Assembly (NCBI GenBank): GCA_963823665.1
Contig: CAWGMQ010000007.1
Span: 320,001 to 384,000 of the forward strand
Reading direction: 5' to 3'
Length of the DNA: 64,000 bases
From: an uncultured Planctomycetota bacterium
GTDB lineage: Bacteria > Planctomycetota > Planctomycetia > Isosphaerales > Isosphaeraceae
The notes below the pieces were generated by a model. It was not told the origin of the DNA, did not search any database, and saw only the letters and a list, made by a program, of their open reading frames with translations. The translations under genes and the position numbers were made by a program. Positions 31,196-41,505 of the stretch are shown piece by piece (position 1 is the first letter of the stretch; every line of letters starts with the position of its first letter).

Positions 31196-31750
31196 TGGAG
31201 TGCCTCACCTTTCACGCGGGCGACAGATAGGGCGGGAGTGCGTGTGTACTCAGAACTCAGGATATTCCTTTGCGCCGGGCGCGCTAGCCCCGAGCGCGCC
31301 GGCGATGGCTCGCCGATGCCAGAGCGAATGTCTGGGGATCGAAATGCGTCGTCTCGCTGGTAGAATACGAATGGATCGTATGGTCGAGGTGTGACTCTCG
31401 AAGAATGAACGGCTGAGTGACCACAGGCGAAATTCGTCGCCTCAGCGGCATCTAAACAATCCAATCCCGATGCGGACGCGAGTGCATTCGGCCCGGAGCG
31501 CCCGGTCACACGCTGGTGCTTGTGCGATCCCCAGCGCTCGCACTGGAGACGGCGCACTGAGGTTTGAGGCCGAGATCGATCTACGCAGCGATTCACAAAG
31601 CAAATCGCGGGCCATCATCGCCTCCGGCCTTGCGATCGAAAGCAGGATCGGTGTGCGTTCCAGAGCGACAAGTCCGGCGTGAGGCCGCCCAGCGTCTTAT
31701 CTCGGCGAACTGCGCTCAATCCAGAATACAAATTCCAAAATCGCCCGCTC

Positions 31751-32365
31751 CTACCGCGGTCGCATAATTGCGTAACAACCGCCGAGGACTATCAGCATGA
31801 TCACGGCCGCAGCGCAGGCCATATTGCGGTACCGCGCTCCGAGCCGTTCGTCGGAAACGAAGACCTTGTACACCAGGTACAACACATAAAACTCGATCGG
31901 CGGGAAAAGGATGCCCAGCAAAGCGCCTCGGAAAGCGCGCAAGCCATCGCGCTCGCGGGTGGTGAGCGGGGGCTCCTCCTCGAGGTCATCCTCCTCATCA
32001 TCTGGGCCGGGGGCTTCTCCCTCGCGGTCTCCAAGTGATTCGGCATCGACATTCGCCGCTGCCATTTCCGCTGCAAATGTCTCCGTCTCCGCCGCACCGT
32101 CGACTGCGGCTTCGTGCCGGTGGTGCTCGTCGAGCAGTTGGTGAGCGATCGTAAGGTCCTTGGAGTGGACCTGAACCTTGATTCCGCCGATCGCGTTCGA
32201 GAGCAGCCAGTCCATAGCGACGGTGCTTTCGTCCGAGAGCACGGCAGCGAGGCCGGCTTCGCACAGGTGGTTGAGCGCCATTCTCGCCGAGACCGCATCA
32301 TCGTATGTGGCGACGGTCACCAGCTCGTCGCTCGTTGTCGGTGCATCAAAATCCGGGTCGTTCAT
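31751..32365 (-). CDS. DUF2007-like domain membrane protein
   Basis: LVTVATYDDAVSARMALNHLCEAGL...AIGGIKVQV pattern, acidic linker, two C-terminal TMs. Confidence 0.75.
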   Translation of the reverse strand: MNDPDFDAPTTSDELVTVATYDDAVSARMALNHLCEAGLAAVLSDESTVAMDWLLSNAIGGIKVQVHSKDLTIAHQLLDEHHRHEAAVDGAAETETFAAEMAAANVDAESLGDREGEAPGPDDEEDDLEEEPPLTTRERDGLRAFRGALLGILFPPIEFYVLYLVYKVFVSDERLGARYRNMACAAAVIMLIVLGGCYAIMRPR

Positions 32366-32537
32366 TGCGGCTTCTCGCTTCACATCGCGTCGCGAACGAG
32401 TTCGTAGCGGCTGTGCGAGTCGCTGGCCGTTCATGCTACACTACTTCGACGGCAAAAGCAGGGTAATTGCAGCGCAAGACGGCTATTTCGCATGATTCAC
32501 GCGCAGCAATCCTGGCGCTCTTGGCCACTCGGCTCGC

Positions 32538-33172
32538 TCACTTGAACGTCGGCCGGTAGAGTGGCGCCAGGCTCAGAACCTCGGGCAGCTCGGCGACGGC
32601 CGGGAGCTGTGAGACCGGCAGCATACCCACGACCGTGCCGTACTGGTGCTCGCGATCGTGACTTGCATGCCCGCGTTCTGCAAGTCGGTCAAGAGAGTGG
32701 CGAACTCGGCCGGATTATTGTCGTGCACCTGGATTCCGACGCTGGTTCCCTGAATGACCACCAGGTTGGCGCCGTTGGTCGCGGGAAGGTCGGCGGGAAA
32801 CCCCCCGGGGTCCTGTTCGTACGCGTCGTAAATGACGTCCAGGGTCTGGGAGACATTGGGCGGAAGACTGGTTTGCGAACCGGGACCCGTTGTACCTCCC
32901 GCTCGAGCTAAGATTTGATCCAGCCGCACGTCTTGCCGTGACATCAGTCGCTCTTCGGCGGCAATCCGTTTGATCACGACGCGTTCGTGCCTGGTCCCCG
33001 GCCGAGCCGATTCAAGCGACAATTGCAGGCGGCCAACTTGCCGCGCCTCCACCTTCAGCGCTGCCCCAATAACGGCCCCCGCGGAAATTGACGTCGGCGC
33101 GAGTCGCAAGTCCAGACATTCCAGACCCGGCTGGGTTTTGCGCGGTTTTCTTTCGTATCGAAGCGATTTCAT
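32538..33172 (-). CDS. Exported protein with planctomycete LE.R.LL-type leader and a subtilase-prodomain-like C-terminus; frameshift near 32645
   Basis: PGLECLDLRLAPT leader; corrected C-terminus QYGTVVGMLPVSQLPAVAELPEVLSLAPLYRPTFK* (stop 32538-32540). Confidence 0.6.
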
Positions 33173-33206
33173 GACTGATCTTCTCCAGGATGTCCGTAGT
33201 GAGTGA

Positions 33207-33707
33207 TTAACCCGCGCGCCTCGCATGAGCCGCGAAGATGGCTGGGCTCGGGACGATTTCAAACGTGGCAGATGCACCGTTGGGGTCCAACTGGTCGTGC
33301 GCAACGTACGTTCCCGTCACGGAGCTCGCGGACCAGGCGGCCGTCAGGGTGATCGTCGCGCCTGGCGCTAATTCCTTGAGCATGACGTAATCAGGCGTCA
33401 ATCCGGCGTTTGAACGCCAGATCGTATTACCGGCCTTCGTGACGGAGAATCCGTCGATGCTCGGTCCGAGCCCGACGAACACGTTATGGCCGGTATCATT
33501 CGTCTCGGTGAAGGTCATTGTCACCGTTTCGCCTTGCGTGTAGCTCGGGTGGTCGGTCGTAAGGGTAACTTCCAGAGACGGAGCAGCCCCTCCAATCACG
33601 GAAGGCACGCCGCGGGAGAGCTGCTGGCCAATCAATCCCAACGCCATGTGGGATAAAAGGCTCTTGGCTTCCAGGGACTCGATGCTTGGCCTCAGTTGTT
33701 GTCTCAT
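33207..33707 (-). CDS. Exported protein with LE.R.LL-type leader and a BsuPI-like Ig domain
   Basis: LRPSIESLEAKSLLS leader; LTTDHPSYTQGETVTMTFTETN...IWRSNAG...LAPGATITLTAAW; GAGGA SD. Confidence 0.65.
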   Translation of the reverse strand: MRQQLRPSIESLEAKSLLSHMALGLIGQQLSRGVPSVIGGAAPSLEVTLTTDHPSYTQGETVTMTFTETNDTGHNVFVGLGPSIDGFSVTKAGNTIWRSNAGLTPDYVMLKELAPGATITLTAAWSASSVTGTYVAHDQLDPNGASATFEIVPSPAIFAAHARRAG

Positions 33708-33770
33708 TGACTTCCTCTTTAAATCAAAAATTTCTTGTTTTTCTACATTTTTTACATGAACAATATATGA

Positions 33771-33787
33771 TGCAAATGGCATGCCAA
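33771..33787 (-). promoter_or_regulatory. sigma54 (RpoN) -24/-12 promoter
   Basis: Minus strand TTGGCATGCCATTTGCA = TGGCA..TTGCA with exact GG-N10-GC spacing, about 63 nt upstream of the 33707 start in an AT-rich tract. Confidence 0.75.
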
Positions 33788-34296
33788 TAAATAGACATCG
33801 ATCGCTCTGGATCGGCGCGGCGCATGCATTGATGCGCTCTGGCGACCGGAATGCTCTAGAGAGGGCGGAAGTCGAGCCCGCAGTGAGTGCCACTGGCCAG
33901 GCCAGAGTGGTGGCGGTCGCGTGGTGCTCAGAAACCGATCCCGTGTAAAATCAGTTTCTCGAATGGTAACCACGCTGTAATCCCGGCGCTCTGTGCTCAG
34001 TCCGCTCAATTTTGCGGAGGTCGTGGATGGCGCTCAGCACCGACGTCACGCTTCCCCGCAAGCACATTCCTGTGTTCCCGGACCGCTGTGTGGCCTGAAT
34101 TCCGCGACGAAGACTACGCTGAAGAATTCGCCGAGCTCAACACCTAGGCTTGCCTCACTCCCTCCCAGTTGGCCGCCGCTTATCGTCGTTGCTTCGGCGG
34201 GTCTTGTACGCGGCCCGGAAATAAAAATCCCTCCCGACACGTCATCGTCGGGAGGGCCTCCGAATCGGATTATTAGAATCCCGCGACCGCCTGTTG

Positions 34297-35466
34297 CTAC
34301 TTCCTTCGCCCTACTGGCAGCGTGACGGGCTTCTCGCGATAGATCAGCTTCGACTTCAACTCGAATCCTTTGTCGAGAGCACGGTACTCGAACGGCCCGT
34401 CGCCGAATGGATCCTGGATCTCCTTGAGCCTGTCCGGCCCGCCCAGGGCGACGGCTACAGCGGCCTTGAAAAGCGCCGTTCGGGTGACAGTGCGGCGCTC
34501 GGTCGCGACCATGGAATCCGTCATGGGAAGGATCTGGTCGGCGACCGGGTTTGCAGCGATCGCCCTCTTGGCGAAATCGGGGTACCGTGCATCAAAGTCT
34601 TTCCAGGGCAAGCCCGTCATCTTTGCGAGCTCATCGTAGAAGGGGAGCAGATCCTCGAGCCAGGTGACGGCTTGCTCGAACGTCTTGACGGATTCGATTG
34701 AGTCGCGTTTCCGAATGTCCTTTTGCTCGCTGCTCACGAGAATCGCGTGGAACATTTCTTTCCAAACGTTATGCCAGGAACCTTTCTCGTGTTGTTCGGC
34801 ACTCTTCAGCTTTCGGATGATTGACATCAGAAAGACTTCTTTCTCCTCGTGGACGACTTGCTCGAGCGTTGCCCCTGCGGGCAGCGCATTCAGGTCTGTA
34901 AACGCGGCCTCGGTCAGGACCGATTTCAACTCGGGCAGATAGGGGGCCACTGCGTCGATCGCAACCGACTCGAGCGCGCGACCCGCAAACCGTTGGATAA
35001 ACAATGGTTCCATTTCCAGGTGGCGTCCGAGCTTCAGCACGGCGATCACGTCTTCCCATCCCGCCTTTCCGTGGCCTTGCTCGAATTCGTACCTCGCATT
35101 CAGGGCGGCCAAGTGCGCCAGGGTCCGCGCCTTCGGGAGATACGGGAGACGGAGGTATAAGCCATCTTCGTAGTCCAGGCTCCAATCACATCGCAGTAAC
35201 CTGGCTCCGCGGCGCAAGGACTCGAGGCTTCCCTGGGACCGTTCGATCAGCTTGAGCGCGGCCGCGTCGAGGGGAGCTTTGCTCCAATCCTCGAGGAGCT
35301 TTTCGTCGTTCTTGTCTATGGTCGGCATGAGAGCGAAGGCCTGCCAGTACTTCATCGCCGCGTTGGACCCGGTGTCGGGTTTGGCGTCCAAAGCCTGCGC
35401 CGCCGCGGGCGCGGGCGGGAACAGGGTGATGGAAAGGAAGAGCGCTCCGAGGTACCAGTGTTGCAT
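34297..35466 (-). CDS. Secreted helical hypothetical protein (ECF operon)
   Basis: Signal peptide ending PAAA; start overlaps the stop of the upstream gene; C-terminal DPFGDGPFEY. Confidence 0.75.
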   Translation of the reverse strand: MQHWYLGALFLSITLFPPAPAAAQALDAKPDTGSNAAMKYWQAFALMPTIDKNDEKLLEDWSKAPLDAAALKLIERSQGSLESLRRGARLLRCDWSLDYEDGLYLRLPYLPKARTLAHLAALNARYEFEQGHGKAGWEDVIAVLKLGRHLEMEPLFIQRFAGRALESVAIDAVAPYLPELKSVLTEAAFTDLNALPAGATLEQVVHEEKEVFLMSIIRKLKSAEQHEKGSWHNVWKEMFHAILVSSEQKDIRKRDSIESVKTFEQAVTWLEDLLPFYDELAKMTGLPWKDFDARYPDFAKRAIAANPVADQILPMTDSMVATERRTVTRTALFKAAVAVALGGPDRLKEIQDPFGDGPFEYRALDKGFELKSKLIYREKPVTLPVGRRK

Positions 35467-35912
35467 CAGTCGTCTCCTACCAAGGATTGAAGTGCCGTAG
35501 CGGACCGAGTGAAAGCAGAGATTTGTACGAGTTCAGGGTTGGATTCCCGGGTGGCCAACGCATCCCTGGCGAGCAAGGCATCCAGGTCTTCGGGTGAGCG
35601 TGAAAGCGCGTTCCGGTAGATCAAAAATGTGGACCCCGCGTCGTCGACGGCGACGGGTGGCGCGAGCTCGGACTGGGTAAGGACGACATGCGGCGCCGGT
35701 TCAAGGTTTCGGACGCCACCCCACCTCAGGAGGACCGTCACCGCGCAAGCCGCAGCCAGGCCGCTTGCGAGGGCGAGGCCCCATCGCGATCGCGAGCTTG
35801 GAGATCGGGAGCGCGCCTGATGGCCGGCGATCCGCCGCCGCAATCCCGGTGTCGCGTCGTGCGGCCGAAGGGCCGCGAGTTCGGCTTCGAGGTCCTCATT
35901 TGCGTCATTCAT
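35466..35912 (-). CDS. Putative single-TM anti-sigma factor
   Basis: EDLEAELAALRP...LRRRI N-terminus, one TM, overlaps the ECF sigma gene stop. Confidence 0.7.
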   Translation of the reverse strand: MNDANEDLEAELAALRPHDATPGLRRRIAGHQARSRSPSSRSRWGLALASGLAAACAVTVLLRWGGVRNLEPAPHVVLTQSELAPPVAVDDAGSTFLIYRNALSRSPEDLDALLARDALATRESNPELVQISAFTRSATALQSLVGDD

Positions 35913-36412
35913 CGGATCGGTTCCTCCGCCAACTGCTCGCCCAGCTTGGCAAGTGCGTAGCGATATCGAGACTTGGCTGTGTTGTCCGAGATCTTTAGTA
36001 CTTCAGCGATTTGTGGGAACGACAGTTCGCCCCAGATTCTCATCACCAGAACTTCCCGCTGGCTTTCGGGAAGCCCGCGCAGAGCGGCCTCGATGGCCAT
36101 GCGACGTTCGTTCTGCTCGAGCGGGCCGGCGAACAAGGTCGCGGTCTCCGAACGCGCCGTGGCTTCCTCGCGCCGGGACTGCCGTTGCCGATTGCGCTGC
36201 CAGTCGAGTGCCACGTGTTTCACGCAGGCGTAGAAGTATGCGGCTGGATCAGCAACTCGGTCTCGTGACCGCCAGAAGCGGATGAACGCTTCCTGCACGA
36301 CGTCCTCGGCATCAGCCCGGTGCGGCACCCACTGCCGCGCGAGCAGGATCAGCGAAGCGATGTGCTGGTCGAGCCAGACCGTCCATTGTTCGGAATCGTC
36401 CGCCATGCTCAT
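35909..36412 (-). CDS. ECF RNA polymerase sigma factor
   Basis: DAEDVVQEAFIRFW (region 2) and LPESQREVLVMRIWGELSFPQIAEVLKISDNTAKSRYRYAL (region 4). Confidence 0.93.
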   Translation of the reverse strand: MSMADDSEQWTVWLDQHIASLILLARQWVPHRADAEDVVQEAFIRFWRSRDRVADPAAYFYACVKHVALDWQRNRQRQSRREEATARSETATLFAGPLEQNERRMAIEAALRGLPESQREVLVMRIWGELSFPQIAEVLKISDNTAKSRYRYALAKLGEQLAEEPIR

Positions 36413-36623
36413 CGCCCAGCCACTGGAAAAATTGTTCTACAATGAAGACTCCGCCGGATCGCGATTCGGTCTAATCAGCCCGTCCTGGCCGGACCGATCC
36501 GAGGTGCTCCTCGGGAACGTACGTATCCTTGGTAAGCTAATTCTTCTAAAAAGTCAGGTCCGAAAGCTTCACTTGCTGCATAGTAGTGTGAGTGGAACGA
36601 ACTTCACGGCGAGACGCGCATTC

Positions 36624-38276
36624 ATGCGAAGCGGACAACCCGGCGGCCCATTGCGGCAATTGCGAGCCCTGTTCCAGGTCGGGACGGCGACGGGGCTCAC
36701 CGATGGCGAGCTTCTCGACCAGTACAACGCCAGGAGGGCTGAATCGGCCGAGGCAGCGGCAGCGGCGGAAATGGCCTTCGCGGCGCTCCTGGATCGCCAT
36801 GGGGCAATGGTCTGGGGGGTCTGCCGCCGCGTGCTCGGCGATTGTCACGAGGCGGAGGACGCCTTCCAGGCCACCTTTCTCGTTCTCGTGCGCAAGGCCG
36901 GATCGGTGCGTGTGAATGGGTCTCTCGGCCGCTGGCTTTATGCAGTCGCCCATCGGGTTGCGCTTTGCGCAAGGTCCCAAAGCGGGCAATGGAGAACGGA
37001 GGTCGTCGGAATGCCCGAGGAGTCGAGCGATGACCCGGCGGGCGAGGTGGAGCTCAGGGACCTCCGCGCCGTCATCGGCGAGGAGCTGGACGGGCTGCCA
37101 ACTAAATACCGATGCCCCGTCGAGCTCTGTCACCTTCAAGGGATGACGTATGACGAGGCGGCCCGGCAGCTCAACTGGCCGGTAGCCACAGTCAAGAACC
37201 GACTCACCAAGGGCCGGCTCACGCTCCGGGCGAGGCTCACGCGACGAGGGCTCGCGCCCTGCGCCGTCGCAACCGGGGTGACCATGGCATTCACCAATGA
37301 GGCCCGCGCGGCCGTGCCGCACGGGCTCGTTCAATCCACCGTCCGCGCAGTCGCTGCGCCAGCAACTGGCGCGGTCGCGGCAGCGGTTGCTGACCTTACG
37401 AGCGGAGTCGTCAAGATGATGATGTGGGAGAAGCTCAGGCTAGTTGCGGCGGCCGTCCTCATCGCCGCAGGTCTTGCGGTGCCAGTCCTGTCGCTGCAGG
37501 CGCAAAGCGGTGGCGGTCGCGCAGCGCGGCCGTCTCAAGCGGCGGCGCGCCGGGCGGGCGAACCGGACGAAAAGGAAGTGCCCGATCGCCGCTGGACGCG
37601 AACCCTGCCCAGTGGTGCGACGGTCGAGGTGATCGGAGTTTCCTCCGTACCTTCTGGCCCCCAGACCTGGTGGCGCCCCGACGGAACGCCGCTAGACCCA
37701 GCGCCATGCGACCCGATCGAGAATCAAGCTGGCGCCGACGATGTCACCGATAAGGTGTTCGTGATTCGCGTGTCCCGCATACCTCGGGAGGCTGACCATG
37801 AGTGGTCGATCGCCGAGGCCAGCGGGTCAGTGCAGGGGCCGACCAAGCGCGACGGCAAACGCTTACCCGGTCTGTTCGAGACGATATCAACGCTTCCAGC
37901 CGATGCACGAAATTGCACAATCCGTTTCAAGGTCGCGGTCGGTCCGTGGAAAACCATTCAGACCACGGCGAAGAATTCCGGCTGTGGTGGCACCAAGGAC
38001 GGAGCAAGCTACATCTGCGGTCACGCAATCGCGATCGCGACGGGAACGTCGTTATCAGTCACTCATAATATTCAGAACCAGGCAGTGCGACTGGTCGCCG
38101 TCGGCGTAGCCGGAAGTGAACACCCAGGGGTGAGCCGGTCGACCATCGATGTAACGGTCTTTCGACAAGTCACGTTTGAATTTGACCAGCCCCTGGAGCA
38201 AATCAAGGAGTTCCGGCTCGAGGCACGGCCCTACGAACAGGTTGAGATCCCGAGTATTGCTCTCCGTCGGAGATGA
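36624..38276 (+). CDS. Planctomycete-type ECF sigma factor with TM and C-terminal extension
   Basis: GLTDGELL...RHGAMVWGVCRRVL...AEDAFQATFLVL; region 4 LPTKYRCPVELCHLQG; TM then soluble domain. Confidence 0.9.
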   Translation: MRSGQPGGPLRQLRALFQVGTATGLTDGELLDQYNARRAESAEAAAAAEMAFAALLDRHGAMVWGVCRRVLGDCHEAEDAFQATFLVLVRKAGSVRVNGSLGRWLYAVAHRVALCARSQSGQWRTEVVGMPEESSDDPAGEVELRDLRAVIGEELDGLPTKYRCPVELCHLQGMTYDEAARQLNWPVATVKNRLTKGRLTLRARLTRRGLAPCAVATGVTMAFTNEARAAVPHGLVQSTVRAVAAPATGAVAAAVADLTSGVVKMMMWEKLRLVAAAVLIAAGLAVPVLSLQAQSGGGRAARPSQAAARRAGEPDEKEVPDRRWTRTLPSGATVEVIGVSSVPSGPQTWWRPDGTPLDPAPCDPIENQAGADDVTDKVFVIRVSRIPREADHEWSIAEASGSVQGPTKRDGKRLPGLFETISTLPADARNCTIRFKVAVGPWKTIQTTAKNSGCGGTKDGASYICGHAIAIATGTSLSVTHNIQNQAVRLVAVGVAGSEHPGVSRSTIDVTVFRQVTFEFDQPLEQIKEFRLEARPYEQVEIPSIALRRR

Positions 38277-38477
38277 CCTTCCGGAATCCTGATCACAACT
38301 GTAGGCGACTGCACGAGGGTCGACGGAGAATCCTGGACCGCGCGGATCGAACGCATGGAGCTGCGACGCACCGATTGGGTTTACCTTAATGCCCCGGAGG
38401 CCCAGCGTGTCCCCGACGCGACAACGGAGGGGGTTCTATCGCCCTTGCACGCCCGAGACTGATCCTGAGGAATTCAC

Positions 38478-40089
38478 ATGAGAGTCCATCGCTCGATCTC
38501 ATTTCGACTTGAAGCCATGGAGGGAAAAGTCCTTCTCGCGTCGGGGATAGGGGACCCGGCGGCGGCGTTAGAGATCGGGGCCAGGAAGGCCCCGAAGCCG
38601 TTCATTTTCAACGGCGAGCTGCCACTGAAACTCACTGCGACATTTGACGAGGCCCTCGGGGAAAACACCTATACTGAAGTGACCCCCGGCTTCCGGGAGA
38701 AGAAGCCATTCACGCCGATGGGGAACGCGGTCAAGGTATCGGGGGCGCTCGGGCATCCCGGAGTCGATTCTTCCGATGGGCTGCCGAGCGTGGCTTATTC
38801 GACGTTCCGGCTCTCGAACGCCAAGGGGAGTCTGCTCGTGACCTTGTCGCCATCGACGACCAATGCTTACGGCTTCACGATCTCGGGAGCGACGAAGCAA
38901 TTCGTGAGGGCGGATGGAACCTCCGGCACAGCCGTGTTCGCTGTCGCCCCCAAAACAGGATTCGCTTTGACGTTCAAGACGACCGGTCATGGTAGCCAAT
39001 CGTCGAATCCGCCAATAAGTGGAACACTCGTGACTCTTGCCTCATTCAACGGGACCGCGAGCGGAACCGATGGGGGGTATCCGAATGCCGGGGTCGCTCT
39101 GGATTCGCAGGGAAACCTGTTCGGGACTACCGAGAGTGGCGGGACCACGGGCGATGGAACTGTGTTCGAGATCGCCAAGGGGAGCAGCTCGCCCACGACT
39201 GTCGCGTCATTTGACGGCACCGACGGGGCGAACCCTGTTGCCGGCGTGGCCCTCGACTCCCAGGGGAACCTCTACGGGACGACCGTGTATGGCGGCTCCG
39301 GCCAGGTGGGGACGGTCTGGGAGATTGTCAAGGGGAGCGACACCATCACCACCCTCGGCACATTCGACGGAACCAATGGAGCTAGACCTCGGGGCGGCGT
39401 GGTTGTGGACGCGCAGGGCAATCTCTTCGGGACAACGTCTGCTGGCGGGTCGGCGAACTCGGGGACGGTCTGGGAGATCGTCAACGGGAGCTATACGATC
39501 ACGCCTCTCGCTTCTCTGAGCGGCACCAACGGACTTCCTGCCGGCGGTGTGGCGCTGGCACGCGCAGGGCAACCTCTATGGATCGGGTTACCAGTCGGTG
39601 TGGGAACTCGCCAAGGGGAGCAGCACCGTCACCACCATCGTCGCGCACTACTCGGCCGAGTTTTTGACTCTGGACGCGCAGGGGAATCTCTACGGAACCG
39701 CGTACAGTGGGGCCACACATGGGTCTTTTGCCTGGGAGCTCAATCGGCTTGCCAATGGTACCGACAGCTTCACGGTCCTTGGCACCGAGACCGGTAGCTC
39801 TTCGCTCGGCGCCGGCCTGACGCTGGACGCGCAGGGAAATTTTTATGGAACAAGCTCTGCGGGCGGCGCTTACGGTGATGGGATGCTCTGGGAAATCGTG
39901 AGAGGTAGCAATACCGTCACCACGCTCGTCTCCTTCAACGGAAGCAACAAATCGCCGTCGCTTGGCGGCTTGGCCGTGGACGGGGATGGCAATATCTTCG
40001 GCACGACCGCTCTGGGCGGGTCTTTTGGTTTTGGCACTGTTTGGGAGTTCATCGTAGCCGCTGTCGCGAGCGTTCGCGCCGTGAATTGA
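38478..40089 (+). CDS. Exported beta-propeller repeat protein (choice-of-anchor GloVer-type repeats), frameshift near 39560
   Basis: LEAMEGKVLLAS leader; repeated LDSQGNLxGTT..GG....GTVWEI units; one extra base in ctggcacgcgcag. Confidence 0.8.
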
Positions 40090-40134
40090 AGGATTAGACC
40101 GTCAACTTTTGGTCTCGCCGTTTGGACAACAACG

Positions 40135-41412
40135 ATGCATTTCCATCTTGTGCACAGAACAGTCAAACCCTCACGCCGGCGCGGCAGTTACCGGATTCAT
40201 CCGGAAGTGATGAGACTGGAGGAACGGGCCATGCTGAGCCTTACCATCCAGATCAATTATGAGTTCGACACAAATGATTTTTTTAACACTCAAGCCAAGA
40301 AGGATGCGATGCAGACGGTCGCCAACCAGGTGGCGGCGACGATCAACGATCACCTGGCGGCGATCGTACCGTCCGGCACGAATACCTGGACGGCCTCCTT
40401 CATTGATCCCTCCACCGGGCTGGAACGGGAAATCAATAACCTGGTCGTACCTGCCGACACATTGATCGTCTACGCCGGCGGCCAGGCATTGCCCTTTTCC
40501 GTCGGAGCGGAAGCCGGTCCAGGAGTCTCAGACCCCGGTTCAACCGTACCGATAACACCCGGAGTAGACCCAGCCTACGAGGCCTGGTCTGCGACTGTGA
40601 CCCAGCGCGGAAAGTCTCCGGCATCCGGGCCGACGGCGCCGGTCTTCGCGCCCTGGGGAGGCTCGATATCCTTTAGCACGGCGGAACAATTCGACTTCGG
40701 AACAGGTATGCAGACGCCGCCCGGCGAGATCAATTTCAACCCGCCGCTCGATTTCGCCGCGGTCGCCTGGCACGAGTTGGGACATGTGCTGGGAATCGGG
40801 TTAGCCCCGACCTGGCAACGCTACGTCACGCCGGGCGGTTTCACCGGCCCGAATGCAGAGGCCGTCTATGGCGGCCCGGTACCACTTCAGCCCGGAGGCG
40901 GCCACTGGGCCGCGGGGCTCGTCTTTGACGGCACCCTGGACTTGATGGACGGCGGTGGCGATAGCGCGGCCGAATCCGCGTCGGGGACGGTGCGCCTGGA
41001 CCCCGTCTTCTCTTGGCTCGACTACGCGGCACTCGAGGACATCGGCTGGGTGGTCCAGCCGCCAGCAATGGCCGCAGTTATTCCCCAAGCCACGGGCATT
41101 GTCAGCGTCACGCAATCCAGGAAGGGCATTACATCAATCACGATCGGGTTCAACGAAGCCCTGGACCCAGGCTCAGCGGAGAATCGGGGCCTATACAGCG
41201 TCCTGGAAGGCGTAAAGAAGCGCAAGAAGACGGTCTACAGCAAGGCAGACACCATCAAGAGCATCAGCTACGACGGCAACAATCACACCGTGGCGATCAA
41301 GCTTGCCAGGGCCTACAAGGGTATGGTGCGTGTGACGGTCGATAGCGGCATCGTCGCCGGCGACGGTGCCTCAAGCAGCGGCGCATTTTCGGCGGTCGCC
41401 AAGTGGAAATGA
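40135..41412 (+). CDS. Exported zinc metalloprotease (HExxH)
   Basis: LEERAMLS leader; HELGHVLGIG, later GGHW and LM, then AALEDIGW (leishmanolysin/matrixin-like); Lys-rich C-terminal domain. Confidence 0.82.
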   Translation: MHFHLVHRTVKPSRRRGSYRIHPEVMRLEERAMLSLTIQINYEFDTNDFFNTQAKKDAMQTVANQVAATINDHLAAIVPSGTNTWTASFIDPSTGLEREINNLVVPADTLIVYAGGQALPFSVGAEAGPGVSDPGSTVPITPGVDPAYEAWSATVTQRGKSPASGPTAPVFAPWGGSISFSTAEQFDFGTGMQTPPGEINFNPPLDFAAVAWHELGHVLGIGLAPTWQRYVTPGGFTGPNAEAVYGGPVPLQPGGGHWAAGLVFDGTLDLMDGGGDSAAESASGTVRLDPVFSWLDYAALEDIGWVVQPPAMAAVIPQATGIVSVTQSRKGITSITIGFNEALDPGSAENRGLYSVLEGVKKRKKTVYSKADTIKSISYDGNNHTVAIKLARAYKGMVRVTVDSGIVAGDGASSSGAFSAVAKWK

Positions 41413-41505
41413 CAACGTCTCGCAGAATGGCCTTATCGATGATCTCGATTTCGCGTCGGCGCGAGTGCGTGCTCGAAGCGGTGCGCTGGACGCTAGGAGC
41501 GATCT

